Below are positions 39,301-50,104 of a DNA stretch of 64,000 nt, piece by piece. The notes below the pieces were generated by a model that saw nothing but the letters and a program-made list of their open reading frames with translations, ran no database searches and was not told where the DNA came from. The translations under genes and the position numbers were made by a program. The DNA comes from Sphaerodactylus townsendi (taxonomy: Eukaryota). How positions within the stretch are numbered: position 1 is the first letter of the stretch; every line of letters starts with the position of its first letter. Location: positions 91,574,001 through 91,638,000 of the forward strand of contig NC_059427.1 in assembly GCF_021028975.2 (NCBI RefSeq), in the 5' to 3' direction.

Positions 39301-40146
39301 GACTGTGTTAACATTAATTTCAGTTGTCCAATTAATCTTAAAAAAGTCTGTAAATTCTTTCCTATTCCTTTCAACTATTATGTCTTTTTTTAGGAGATAT
39401 TCATTTAGTCTCCAACTCCCTCTCTTCTTTTCAACGGCCACTTTCCACATTACTGCTCTGTGATCTGATATTATTTTTGGTAATATCGTAACCTCCCTTG
39501 TTCTTACACTCAGATCTTGTGTACAGAGTATCATGTCTATTCTTGTATTTGTCTTATAATGGTCCGATCTGTATGTGTATTCTTTTATAGAACCATTATG
39601 TTTTCTCCATATATCCACCAGTTTTATTTCATCCATCAATGAAAAAAAAGTACTCGGAAGTTTACCGTTTTGTCCACCTCTATTTGATTCAGATTTTTTA
39701 TCATGGAGAGATGAAATTACCCCATTCCAATCTCCCAATAAAATCACCTGCATATAGTCTAATTTCGCTATTATATCTTTAAGTTTTTGAAAGAACTTGC
39801 TTTTGTTTTGATTTGGAGCATACACACCCATAATCAGGGTTTTTCTATTTTCCCAATTTACTTCAATACCAATAAATCTTCCTTCGGTATCTTTAATGAT
39901 TTCTTTTGGGTCTAAATCTTCCTTTACATAAATTACCACCCCTGCCTTTTTCTTTTCCTCCCTTGACGAATGAAAGTTTAAGCCTAATCTTTTATTTACC
40001 AATAGTCTCTCATCTTTTTTGAGCATGTGTGTTTCTTGCAAACAAATTAAGTCGTAATTATTTTTTTCTAATAAATGAAATATTTTCCTTCTTTTTTGTG
40101 GCACATTCAGGCCATTAATATTCCAAGAAATCAACTTTAACTCCAT
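36382..40146 (-). CDS. L1 ORF2p (APE endonuclease, reverse transcriptase, CCHC knuckle), ~1254 aa
   Basis: EN motifs SWNINGLN, LQETH, GDWNG and SDH; RT motifs YRPISLLN, DLEKAFD, GTRQGCPLSP and FADD; C-terminal CWRC-x8-H-x4-C. Confidence 0.95.
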   Translation of the reverse strand: MELKLISWNINGLNVPQKRRKIFHLLEKNNYDLICLQETHMLKKDERLLVNKRLGLNFHSSREEKKKAGVVIYVKEDLDPKEIIKDTEGRFIGIEVNWENRKTLIMGVYAPNQNKSKFFQKLKDIIAKLDYMQVILLGDWNGVISSLHDKKSESNRGGQNGKLPSTFFSLMDEIKLVDIWRKHNGSIKEYTYRSDHYKTNTRIDMILCTQDLSVRTREVTILPKIISDHRAVMWKVAVEKKRGSWRLNEYLLKKDIIVERNRKEFTDFFKINWTTEINVNTVWDTFKAYARGLFIKENNIWRKERVKHEKELLNKMQVIENELVKDPQNEKLKTEMKNLQNQFDLLVTNEMEKKIKYARMHYFENANKPGKWLSSRLKKNYQRSRIVEIKGEKQSYTKQEDILRRFVEYYSELYKGLDSKEEGLQEYIQKNMITQFTVEHKNQLNAEITKNEIVETIHKLKLNKSPGIDGLPNIFYKKFQDQVIEILYTVMNNIKETKQIPDSWKESIITLLPKEGQDKTSVRNYRPISLLNSDYKIFAAILAKRIKGPLSCIIGKEQNGFLPKRYLKNNVRTIVDMIEYLNNRIDKQAILVFIDLEKAFDNLDWSFLRKILERVSSEGNFINWVGAIYKEQRAKIKINNELTEWINISKGTRQGCPLSPLLFILALEVLAKKLINDKQMKGIKVNNFEYKVRSFADDIVIMLEEPKNSIKALQKNLDEFSEWSKLRVNKIKTKVMMFNMTKDQQRKILDITEYKTEKVIKYLGIYLTKHNSLLFQNNYEKCWNKIRKDLDNWKKLELTMLGRIAIIKMNILPKMIFLFQTIPIIITNKWFETWKKDIVKFVWSGKKPRISYINMCDKSERGGLGLPDLQIYFEAASLMWFKDWMTLENTELLNLEGHDLIYGWHAYIWYNKCIVNKQFDNHFVRKSIRKTWEKYKLTTLIKTPGWISPHEASILRPNASNMKYKRYSEILKKDKDEIKLKERFEITVNGVQCHWFLYNQLKEKFKQDRGIGFNLEQGELWDSLCKSEKGMVRRVYDLLLTQKTEGERVKKNMIIWAEAVGRNIYIEEWDQIWRKNIKFTKNINLRENIIKMFYRWHLCPSKLAKMYSNVSDLCWRCHKDKGNYDHIWWDCVKIIEFWEKLHKIIQEILGYTFKRKKEMYLLNLLGMDIKIEHRKIALYMFSAARILVARNWKSEELPKITEWINKIVEYMGYDKLSTIVKNGMIDDFVKDWKPLLDYMDKTKRQTEILSLCKY

Positions 40147-40233
40147 ACTAATTAACACTATTAACAAAATCCACAATAAATATCTTACAATTAAATTCAT
40201 TTTCATAATTAATTTTCTATAATACAAAATTCA

Positions 40234-41097
40234 TTAATTATAATATATTCTTTTTTTACTTAACTCTTTGAGTTCATTTTCTATTTTACCCAAGAATTCT
40301 TTGGCTTGTTGGATTGAGGTGATTTTCATTCTTCTCTCTTTATAAGTTAAGGAGAGTCCGTCAATATCTTCCCATTTATATCTTATATTTGTTTTTCTCA
40401 GTACACTTGTAAGGAAGTCATATTCACGCCTCTTCTTCAAAATTTTATAAGGTGTCTCTTTCAGAATCAACACTTCTTTGGAATTTATTTTTAACTTGGA
40501 TTTGGAGTTTTTTTTCAAAATCTCTTCTTTGGTTTTTTGTCTAGCGAAGAAGACCAAAATGTCTCTTTCTCTACCTTCTCCGGATGGTTTCTGATTCAAC
40601 CTAAAAGCTCTTTCGATATCTTCCTCCATCACGTCATCTTCAGTGTCTAAGTATTTGGCTAGATTTGTTATAATTAATTTTCTTGTTTTTTCTCCTTCAT
40701 ATTCAGGTACACCTCTCAGTCTCAATATATTTTGTTTTTGGTGTAGCTCTGTTAATAATACCTGATTCTCCAGTTTTTTAAACTCCACTTCCCAGTCAAG
40801 CATTCTCTGGTCACTCTCATTTTGATGATCCTGTAGTTGGTTACACTTTTGTTCTATCTCCATCATTTTTTGACTCATATCTTTAATTATTTTAATCTCT
40901 GATTTCATATCATTAATTTCTGTACAGACCGTATTAAATTTCTTATCCATTGCACTTAATTTGCCCTCTAGCTCGTTAAACCGCATTGTATTGTCCTTCT
41001 GCATGCCATTCATCATTTCAATTACGTAATCAAGTTTCGCTTCCATTTCCGTCTTTTCCGATTTCTCAATAAGGCTTGCTTTTCTGGTTTTATTCAT
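40234..41097 (-). CDS. L1 ORF1p (coiled coil + RRM/CTD-type RNA-binding protein), 287 aa
   Basis: Heptad-rich N-terminus followed by NILRLRGVPE and IERAFRL motifs typical of L1 ORF1p; lies upstream of ORF2. Confidence 0.9.
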   Translation of the reverse strand: MNKTRKASLIEKSEKTEMEAKLDYVIEMMNGMQKDNTMRFNELEGKLSAMDKKFNTVCTEINDMKSEIKIIKDMSQKMMEIEQKCNQLQDHQNESDQRMLDWEVEFKKLENQVLLTELHQKQNILRLRGVPEYEGEKTRKLIITNLAKYLDTEDDVMEEDIERAFRLNQKPSGEGRERDILVFFARQKTKEEILKKNSKSKLKINSKEVLILKETPYKILKKRREYDFLTSVLRKTNIRYKWEDIDGLSLTYKERRMKITSIQQAKEFLGKIENELKELSKKRIYYN

Positions 41098-41961
41098 TTC
41101 TTTGGTAACTATTAATTCTAAGTTGTTTTGTTAGGTTTTATAGTATTACAGTCCTGTAGTTTTCCCCTTTCTCTCAGGAAAGTCCTTAATGCTTTCAATG
41201 TCGGGCGGGGGTTTTAAATCCACCACACCTGCTTCACTTTTCTTCCGCCCCTCCAGTAAATACAGACTACGCCCGCTCGAAATAAACTTTTACAGTCCTT
41301 TTTCTCTTTTAGAAGTTTATTATGTTCCAGTTGTTATATGGAAGGTTGCTTACAGTGAAGTTGCTGCTTCCCCCGTCCTCAGTTTGAAGCCGGCTCGGCG
41401 TTCAGGCGCTTCGGCGTTCAGGCGCTTCGGCGCTTCTCTGCCTCCCGCGCCGCCCCGTTCGCTGCGGGCTTGCTTCTGGGGTTTTGTTGTTTTGCTGCCG
41501 GCAGGTTATATTTCTTTGTCTTTGTCTCTCCTTTTAATCCAGGAGAGAGTGCTGGTTTCTTCAGTGAATCCCCCCCTTTATTTTGAGGGGGTCACGCTAT
41601 CCAGCTAAAGGGTGGGGGTTGAACGGAGCAACGAAACTTGCCTCCGTCTTCTTCACCTCGCAACCGGAAGTCTTCAGGCTTATTGTTATTGTAGCAACTT
41701 TTTGCCCTTGTAGAAGATATTTTTTCCTGAAATACAATGGATTCTTAGAAACTCTTCTTTTGCATTTAAGTTTTGTGTCTCCTGGTTTAAGAAAGAAAAC
41801 ATGGGGTAGTGCCTGAAGCACTGCATTTGGCAGGGTCAGATCTTCAGCTATGATGCTGGATGCTTGGTCAAGTCACCATCTTTTTGCTCGGTCTACGTTC
41901 TGTGGCTCTGAGCATCTTGAAGAAAGGGGAAAAATATAAATAGACCAAACAAAGGGGAACA

Positions 41962-42065
41962 TTGGGGTGCTGTGTGGTTTCTGGGCTGTATGGCCGTGTT
42001 CTAGCAGCATTCTCTCTTGACGTTTCGCCTGCATCTGTGGCTGGCCATGAAAGCCTTCGACAATA
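41962..42065. mobile_element. Internally deleted Penelope-like copy
   Basis: Left inverted arm joined directly to the gaaagccttcgacaata tail; flanks aaaggggaaca / aaatgggaaca (10/11, TSD-like). Confidence 0.8.
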
Positions 42066-42978
42066 AAATGGGAACACTGTTTTTGGAATGACCATATACA
42101 TTTGCTCTGTGTTTCCAAAAATTAAATTTGCCTGTGTCTCTTGCTTGCTGTCATCGTGCTTTAGTCAGCACCACATAAATGACAGAACATAATTAAACTT
42201 TTGTCACAAAAATAAGCAGTTTCAAAGGGTACCCAATGTTGGTCTGCAATAGAACAGTTAGATTTGAGTCCAGTAGCACCAGACCAACAAGATTTGGGGG
42301 GCATACACTTTTAAGAGACAAAGCTCCCTTTTTATGTAAAAGCTTATATCCCCAAATTTCTGTTGGTCTTTAAAGTTCTACTGGACTTGAATCTACGAAT
42401 AAGCAAAGACACAGCAAGACATAGATTTCGGGACATCAGAAGGGATTTTGAGGCTCTGGGAAGAAAGCTGAAGGATCTGGATGTACAAGTTGTAATTTCA
42501 TCTCTACTCCAAGTTGAAGGACATGGCCCATGGAGAGAAAGAAGAATAGTGGAGGTGAACAACTGGTTTTGCAAGTGGTGCCGCCAGAAACTATTTGGGT
42601 TCCTGGACCCTGGCCTGTGGTTGCATGAAGAGGGACTGTTGGCAAAGGATGGGTTGCACCTCACGCCTGTAGGTAGAAACATCTTTGCCAGGAGGCTCAC
42701 AAACCTGATCAGTAGGGCTTTAAACTGAGTTATGTGGGGGAGGGACAATATTCAAACAGACAGAAGTTCATCAAGTGATAGTGATGATAGTCCAAACGTT
42801 ATAGAGAGAACTGAGTGAATAGGTCAAGAAGGCAACAGCAGGAGGGAAAAAACTTTAAAGAAGCAGCCAGAGGAAATACACCATGGCCTTCGATGTCTCT
42901 ACACCAATGCACAGAGTATGGGAAATAAACAAAATGAACCTGAACTCTTAACACAGCAAAGCAAATATGATATTATAG

Positions 42979-43280
42979 TAAGGTGACCAGATGGTCACTT
43001 TGTGAACCCGGGACAGGGGTAGGCGGCTGTGCGCGCATGTGCGCACAGCCGCAGGAGCACACTGCCTTCTGGGGTGCTGCCGTTTCCCGCCGAAACGGCA
43101 GCACCCCAGAAGGCCGTGCTCCTGTGGCCACACGCGGGAGGCTGCCGCACTGGCTTGTGCCCCAGAAGGCAGTACGGCAGCCTCCCCAAAATCGGGACAA
43201 TGGAAGGAACCCGCGGGATGTGGGACAAATTGTGCAAAGGCGGGACTGTCCCGCCAAAAGCGGGACGGCTGGTCAGCCTA
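42979..43280. mobile_element. hAT (Blackjack-like) MITE inside CR1
   Basis: Perfect 8-bp TSD tattatag (42971-42978, 43281-43288); TIRs taaggtgacca / tggtcagccta; central GC-rich palindrome at ~43050-43128. Confidence 0.88.
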
Positions 43281-43573
43281 TATTATAGGCATCACTGAAA
43301 CCTGTGGGGATGACTCTCATGATTGGAACATAAGAATTGAAGGGTTTAACCTATTTCAGAGAAACAGCTCAATTAGAAAAGGAGTAGCAGCATTATACAT
43401 AAAGGATTATTACAGCTGTGAGCAGGTCCATGACTTAAATCCTGCAAGCCAGGTTGAGTGTATTTGGGTAAAAATTAAGGGGGAGAGAAACAACACTGAT
43501 CTCATGGGGGGTCTATTATAGCCCCCCTATGCCAGTCTGAGGAGCTGGATGATGCATTCTTGGAACAGATGAC

Positions 43574-43757
43574 NNNNNNNNNNNNNNNNNNNNNNNNNNN
43601 NNNNNNNNNNNNNNNNNNNNNNNNNNNNNNNNNNNNNNNNNNNNNNNNNNNNNNNNNNNNNNNNNNNNNNNNNNNNNNNNNNNNNNNNNNNNNNNNNNNN
43701 NNNNNNNNNNNNNNNNNNNNNNNNNNNNNNNNNNNNNNNNNNNNNNNNNNNNNNNNN
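43574..43757. other. Assembly gap
   Basis: Run of N. Confidence 1.
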
Positions 43758-44017
43758 CCCTTCTCTCCTGCAGGAGACTCAAAGGGGCTTGCAATCTCCT
43801 TGCCCTTCCCCCCTCACAACAAACACCCTGTGAGGTAGGTGGGGCTGAGAGAGCTCCGAAAAGCTGTGACTAGCCCAAGGTCACCCAGCTGGCGTGTGTA
43901 GGAGTGTACAGGCTAATCTGAATTCCCCAGATAAGCCTCCACAGCTCAGGCGGCAGAGCTGGGAATCAAACCCGGTTCCTCCAGATTAGATACACGAGCT
44001 CTTAACCTCCTACGCCA
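43758..44017 (-). mobile_element. Squam3-like SINE inside CR1 (tail lost in the gap)
   Basis: Near-identical reverse complement of 61483-61788. Confidence 0.85.
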
Positions 44018-44278
44018 TCTGGATATTATCTGGATATTTGTTGGGAGTCAAACTCTTCCATGACAATCAGGTCCAACAAATTTCTCACTTGCCTTGCAGA
44101 CGATTTCATAATCCAGGAGGTGCAAGAAGCAACAAGGGGAACGGTTATTTTAGATCTGCTCCTAACCAATAATGATGACCTGATTAGTGGAGTGGAAGTG
44201 GTAGCATCCTTAGGTGGGAGTGATCATGTTCTCCTGGAGTTTGTTATACAGTGGAAAGGGGATCCTAAGTGTAGCCAT

Positions 44279-45339
44279 CAGTGGTGTACCTAGGCAAACT
44301 GGAGCCTTGGGCAAAACCTGAGTTTGATGCCCCGCCATGGGCAGCCACCCTCTCCCACCATGACCAAACAATGATTTTTTTCCACCAGGTCATTTCAAAG
44401 TCACCATCACAGTATAGAACATACCCCAACTCACAAATCTGAACATAACGATAGACCATGCCACACAGCAGAAATTTTTTTTTGAAAACAATTTCAAAAT
44501 GCTTTCAAAATGTTTTATTACTGCTATGAAAACATTTTATGGTGTTGTATCCAGTCCCCCCAATTGGGGGAAACAGCATCACTTTCAATGCTATTTAAAC
44601 TGGGGACCCCAGATTCTCCCTTTAAGGTGGATTTAAAAGGAGAATCTAGGCTCCCTAGTTTAAACAAGTGATGCTGGAATCCACCCCCAAACAGCATTAT
44701 TTTCAATAATGTTTAAACTGGGGACCTCAGATTCTCCCTTTAAATCCATGGATTTAAAGGGGGTGGATTTAATAACAACAACAACAACAACAACAACTTT
44801 TATTAGGCATTGAGAAAATAAAAGAAAGAAAGAAAACAAGCATTGGCAGGAAGGGGGTGGATTTAAAAGGAAAATCTGGGGAAATTTAGGGGGTGCCTGC
44901 TGTCAGGGGTGCAATTATTAAGATAGCAGCACCAAAATTTCAGAGTATCTTTGTGAGATAGTAATGATGATACCACCCAGGTTTGGTGAAGTTTGGTTCA
45001 GGGAGTCCAAAGTTATGGACCCTCAAATGTGTAGCCCCCATCTCCTATTAGCTCCCATTGGAAACAATGGGGGATGGGGCACTCCCTTTGGGAGTCCATA
45101 ACTTTGGACTCCCTAAACTAAACCTCACCAAACCTGGGTGATATCATCAGGAGGGTCCCCCTAAAAATCTCTGAATTTTTGGAGCTGCTAGCCTAAAACC
45201 TGCGCCCTCTGCAGGCCAAAAATGGAAAAAACACTGAAAATACAAAAAAATCCCACAAACGAACCAGCAGTTTTTGCGCCCCCCACAAGGGGGCGCCTTG
45301 GGCAACTGCCCACTTTGCCCAATGGGAGGAACACCTCTG
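44279..45339. mobile_element. Non-autonomous hAT element inside CR1
   Basis: Perfect 8-bp TSD gtagccat (44271-44278, 45340-45347); TIRs cagtggtgtacc / ggaacacctctg; the CR1 frame KCSH|TQILDFKK resumes after it. Confidence 0.88.
44773..44850 (-). mobile_element. 78-bp 3' tip of a non-LTR retroelement with a (GTT)n tail
   Basis: 16-bp TSD aagggggtggatttaa (44757-44772, 44851-44866); minus strand has AATAAA followed by (GTT)n. Confidence 0.75.
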
Positions 45340-47807
45340 GTAGCCATACGCAAATTCTAGATTTTAAGAAAACAGATTTCAGTAAGCTTAGGAATCTACT
45401 GGTTGCGATCCTGTGGTCAAAAATACTAAAAGAGAAGTGAGTGCATGATGGCTGGGAGTTTCTTAAAAGTGAAATCTTGAGAGCACAATTTATTATTATT
45501 ATTTCAATTTGTTTGACTGCTCTATCCCCTGAAATTAGCATGCCCAAACACACAGTGGAGATGGTGTATGCAATTGTCATGGGGGTGGGGGGTGGGGTAT
45601 TGGACACCCACTCATACATACATCCTCCACTCCCAGTACTATTATCTAAGTGATAGAGCCCATTGAGGAGCTTACATCACCCTGCTTAGATATAGTTCCA
45701 ATGAGGAGGAAAAATGGGAGGTGTCTAAGGAAACCAGGATGGCTGTCCGAAGAACTGTCAACTGAGCTAAGATTTTAAAAGGACATGCCCAAGAAATGGA
45801 AAAGGGGGGAAATCACCAAAGAGGAATTCAAACAATTAACCAGGATGTGTAGGGAGAAAGTCAGAAAAGCTAAAGCTCACAATGAGCTGAGGCTTGCCAG
45901 AGAAGTTAAAAACAACAAAAAAGGCTTTTTTTGTTTTGTTAGGATAGAGTCACTGCATGGAGAAGATGGCAAAATGATAACAGGGGATGGAGAAAAGGCA
46001 GAACTACTAACCATTTTCTTTGCCTCAGTCTTTTCCTAAAAAGAAAACGGTGCTCATCCAGAAGAAAATGAAACAGAAGATACAGTAGGAGAAATTCAGC
46101 ACAGAATAAATAAAGAGGTAGTGCAGGAACACCTGGCTACTTCAAACAAATTCAAATCTCCAGGGCCTGATGAACTACATCTCAGGGTACTAAAAGAACG
46201 GGCAGAAGTAATCTTAGAACCACTTGCTATAATCTTTGAGAACTCCTGGAGAACAGGAGAAGTCCCAGTGGACTGGAGGAGGGTTAATGTTATCTCCATC
46301 TTCAAAAAGGGGGAAAAGGAGGACAAATAATTACCGTCCAGTCAGCCTGACATCAATACCAGGGAAGATTCTGGAGCAGATCATTAGACAGACGGTCTGC
46401 CAGCATTTAGAAGGGAATACTGTGATCACAAAAAGTCAGCATGGGTTTCTGAAAAAACAAGTCATGCCAGACTAATCTTATCTCTTTTTTTTTTGATAGA
46501 GTGACAAGCTTGGTAGATGAAGGGAATGCTGTGAATGTAACATACCTTGATTTTAGTAAAGTTTTTGACAAGGTGCCCCATAATATTCTCGCAAGTAAGC
46601 TAGTGAAATGTGGACTAGACAATGCTACTATTAGATGGATTATAATTGGTTGGCTGACCAAATTCAAAGGGTGCTCATTAATGGCTCATCTTCATCCTGG
46701 AGAGAAGTGACTAGTTGGGTGCCACAGTCCTGGGCCCAGTGCTATTCGATATTTTATCAACAGCTTGGATGATGGAATAGAGGGCATGTTAATCAAATTT
46801 GCAGATGACACCAAATTAGGAGGGATAGCTAATACCCCAGAGGACAGAGTCAGAATTCAAAATTACCTGGACAAATTAGAGAGCTGGGCCAAAACTAACA
46901 AAATGAATTTCAACAGAGATAAATGTAAGATACTACACTTAGGCAGAAAAAATGAAATGCACAGATATGGGATGGATGACACCTGGCTTGACAATACTAC
47001 ATGCGAAACGGATCTGGGAGTCTTAATAAACAACAAACTGAACGTGAGTCAGCAGTGTGATGTGGTGGCTAAGAAAGCCAATGCGATTCTGGGCTGTATT
47101 AATAGGAGCATAGTGTCAAGATCGAGGGATGTAACTGTACCTCACTATTCTGCATTGGTTAGACCTCACCTGGAATATTGGGTATGGTGGAATATTGGGT
47201 ATGGAATATTGGGCACTGCAGCTCAAGAAGGATATTGACAAGATGGAATGGGTCCAGAGGAGGACAACCAAAATGGTAAAATGGTCTGGAATCCATGCCC
47301 TACGAGGGAAAACTTAGGTAGCTGGGTATGTTTAGTTGGGTGAAGAGAAGGTTAAGAGGTGACATGATAGCCATGTTTAGATATTCGAAGGGATGTCATG
47401 TTGGTGAGGGAACAAGCTTGTTTTCTGCTGCTCCAGAGACTTGGACCAGGAGTAATGAATTCAAGGTGAAGGAAAAGAGATTCCACCTAAACATCAGGAA
47501 AACCTTCCTGACAGTAAGGGCTGTTTGACAATGGAATGTACTACCTCGGAGTGTGGTGGCATCTCCTTCTTTGAAGGTTTTTAAAGAGAGGCTGGATGGC
47601 CATCTGTCAGGAGTGCTTTGATTGTGTGGGGGTTGGACTTGATGAACCTAGGGGTCTCTTCCAGCTCTATGAATCTCTTTTTGCCAACCAAATGGTGTGG
47701 AGAATATTTTCAAGAAGGGAAGAATAGGCACTCATTAGGTCATTTTCAAAAAGTGTCCCACTGGCATCTCATCATGTTAATTGTTTTCTCATAAAATACC
47801 AAAGGGT

Positions 47808-47998
47808 GGATTGTTGTTTAGTGTCAGAGCATTTGCTTTGGATGCCAAAAGTTCTTGGTTCAGTCTCTTCCATCATTAGGTGATACGATCAGGTAGTCAC
47901 TGATGTGTGAGCCCCTGGAAATCTGCTGTCAGGCCGAGTAAGCAATAGTCAATTTGATAGAACAATGGTTTAATTCCATAGAAAGCATGATATGTGTC
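47808..47998 (+). mobile_element. Degenerate tRNA-derived SINE with a CR1-like tail
   Basis: Decayed tRNA-like head (tagtgtcagagcat...ggttcagtc) and a body resembling recalled squamate SINEs. Confidence 0.45.
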
Positions 47999-50104
47999 CT
48001 TTCAGAACACGTTCTTCTCCTCTCTGGTTATTTTGGAGGGATGCAAATAGCTTCCTGGCCCATTTTTTGACCAGCAGCTTCATAGCCCCTAAGGAAATTA
48101 ATCACACATGCCTTTGTGACACTTCCTAAAGCAGAAGAAACTCAGGCAGATTTAAGGTAGGATTATTGTGCCACCCCATTTTTAACTACCCACCAGAGGC
48201 ACAGGAGGTATTCTGCACACAGCATCAGGTTGCTTCATCTATTAACAAGAAAGTCATTCGCAGACACCTGATGGTTTCCCTGTGAGAGGTAATATTTAGC
48301 CCCTCCCTACCAGTTGAAATGTGGTGGTGTGGTGAAAGGTGGAGGACTAATGACTTGCATTTCTTCTGGGTATGTTTGGTACATCCAGATTAGGCAAGTT
48401 TCCTATTTATAGGAACCTATTTATAGGATGGGGATTTGGGCTCTCTTTTTTTGGTGGTGTGTATAGAAACTGGCATTGTAACATTGCCATCACACATTAA
48501 TACAGGGATAAAGACTGTTACCCACACCAATATGTGTATCTCTCCCCCGCGCCCCCGGCTGCCCCACCCCGCCAAATGATGTAAGGCATTTATGTTGACA
48601 AGTGCTGGCAGGCACAGTTAAAGAAGCTTGTGGTTCATTTGAGTGATATTTGTGGTGATGCAAGGCCAAAGGGAGAGGAAAGGCAGGAGCAGTTGATCCC
48701 CTCAGTGGGGAGTGTTAACCCACCATCAGTTTTCTAGGGCCTGTTATATTTGTTCATACCACAAGCTTAACTGTTACTCCGCCTATAATCCAGTATCATG
48801 GTTTCCCAAAATGTGTATTATGGATCTATCCACCTATTTCAGCAATCATCATTTGACTACTACTGCCATGGGATCTACTTCCCTCAAGATGGAGATGAAA
48901 TAGTACAGGGAACCAAGTTGTTAGTAGCTGAGGTGGGAAAATGAAGGGTGTGTGTGTGTTTGGAATAGTATGTCCTTTCTGAGAAGAGACTCTCGAATTA
49001 TTCATAAAATGTACTAATTCTGTTTGGTACTTTCCCAGACAAAAAGGTAGGATATAAGTCTGTTAAATAATTAAAACATGATAACTAGTTATCTGAGTAG
49101 AAGAGGAACAGAAATCACAGCAAGATAGAAACTACAAACAGCCCTCTTAGACACTTGAGATGGGGCAGTTTTAATCTACCAAACAAGTTATATGGCCTTT
49201 GTATAAAGACATAAGAGATAGACATGAACAGATTAACAGAGAGGCTGTAACATTAAACTGTCCCTAGGTAGTTATTGGGAACTTTGACGATCCTTTCTTT
49301 CCCTATGAACTGTAAGAGAAATTGAGATATTTTTATTTAAACTTTTCCTCTGTACAGAGAAGTTTTTTGTCTTTCTCCCTTAGTACACCACAGGCTTCGT
49401 ACATAACCACTGAACTGCTTAAGCACCATGATTTTCTTTCAGTATTTTCTTTTTTTGACAGCTGAGCCCCTTTTTGCCATGCAACAATAGGGGGAAGGGA
49501 GGCGTCAAATTGAAGAGAAACAACGCTCAAGCCTCCTCAGACTTGCAGGAAGAATTTTGCAGTTCCTTGGATCCTAGCCTGAACTAACTGTACCATTGGC
49601 ATTAGCGTTGTCACTTACCACCCAAATCATTAGCACCTGTAACTGCAGGCATATTTTTTGTGCATGTTCCTTTAAAGCCATTTTATGAACAAATAAAACA
49701 GGCTCTAGACAACAGTTTGTGTGTTAATGGTGCCCACTGAGTGGGGCAAACCCTCCTTCCTTTCCTCTGTCCTTGGTTATTTACACTGTCCAAACTCTAC
49801 AGTTGCCCCCTCACCCTCAGCTCCTCAAAATCTGCCAGTGTACCCAACTCCCCAAACACCCCACTGTGTAAGCCATGCATGCATGGCGATTGGCTGGAAG
49901 TGAGTTGTTGCCACTATGGCTAGGCTTTTATATAGATAAATAGATTACTAATACAGCTGAAACCCAGGTTGCTCCTGAAAGAAACACATTGTATGAAGTT
50001 AGAAATTATGGACTAAACCAGCAAAAATGTCTCCTGACACTGCTCGCGCTCCACAAGTAACACTGCTTCTCAAGGTGTACATGAAAAAAGAAATCTCAAG
50101 AGAT

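Larger units (their letters stand above)
36026..41675 (-). mobile_element. Full-length L1-clade LINE (~5.65 kb)
   Basis: 17-bp TSD aggcttattgttattgt at 36009-36025 and 41676-41692; AATAAA (36041-36046) and a short poly(A); CpG-rich 5' UTR starting gaagacttccggtt; two uninterrupted ORFs. Confidence 0.95.
42405..47676 (+). mobile_element. Decayed, 5'-truncated CR1 LINE (end of SGNH-esterase ORF1 + disrupted ORF2) with nested insertions
   Basis: ORF1 end ...LLAKDGLHLT...RALN* (42728); ORF2 fragments CLYTNAQSMGNK, IGITET, GSDH, KSPGPDELH, YRPVSLTS, YLDFSKVFDKV and KFADDTKL; tail ttccagctctatgaatct; several stops and frameshifts. Confidence 0.92.

Noticed and set aside
36881-39757. Plus-strand ORFs within L1 ORF2
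   Set aside because: Antisense shadows of an A-rich coding strand, with no motifs.
42363-42728. Stand-alone host esterase gene
   Set aside because: It is the SGNH domain of CR1 ORF1, directly followed by CR1 ORF2.
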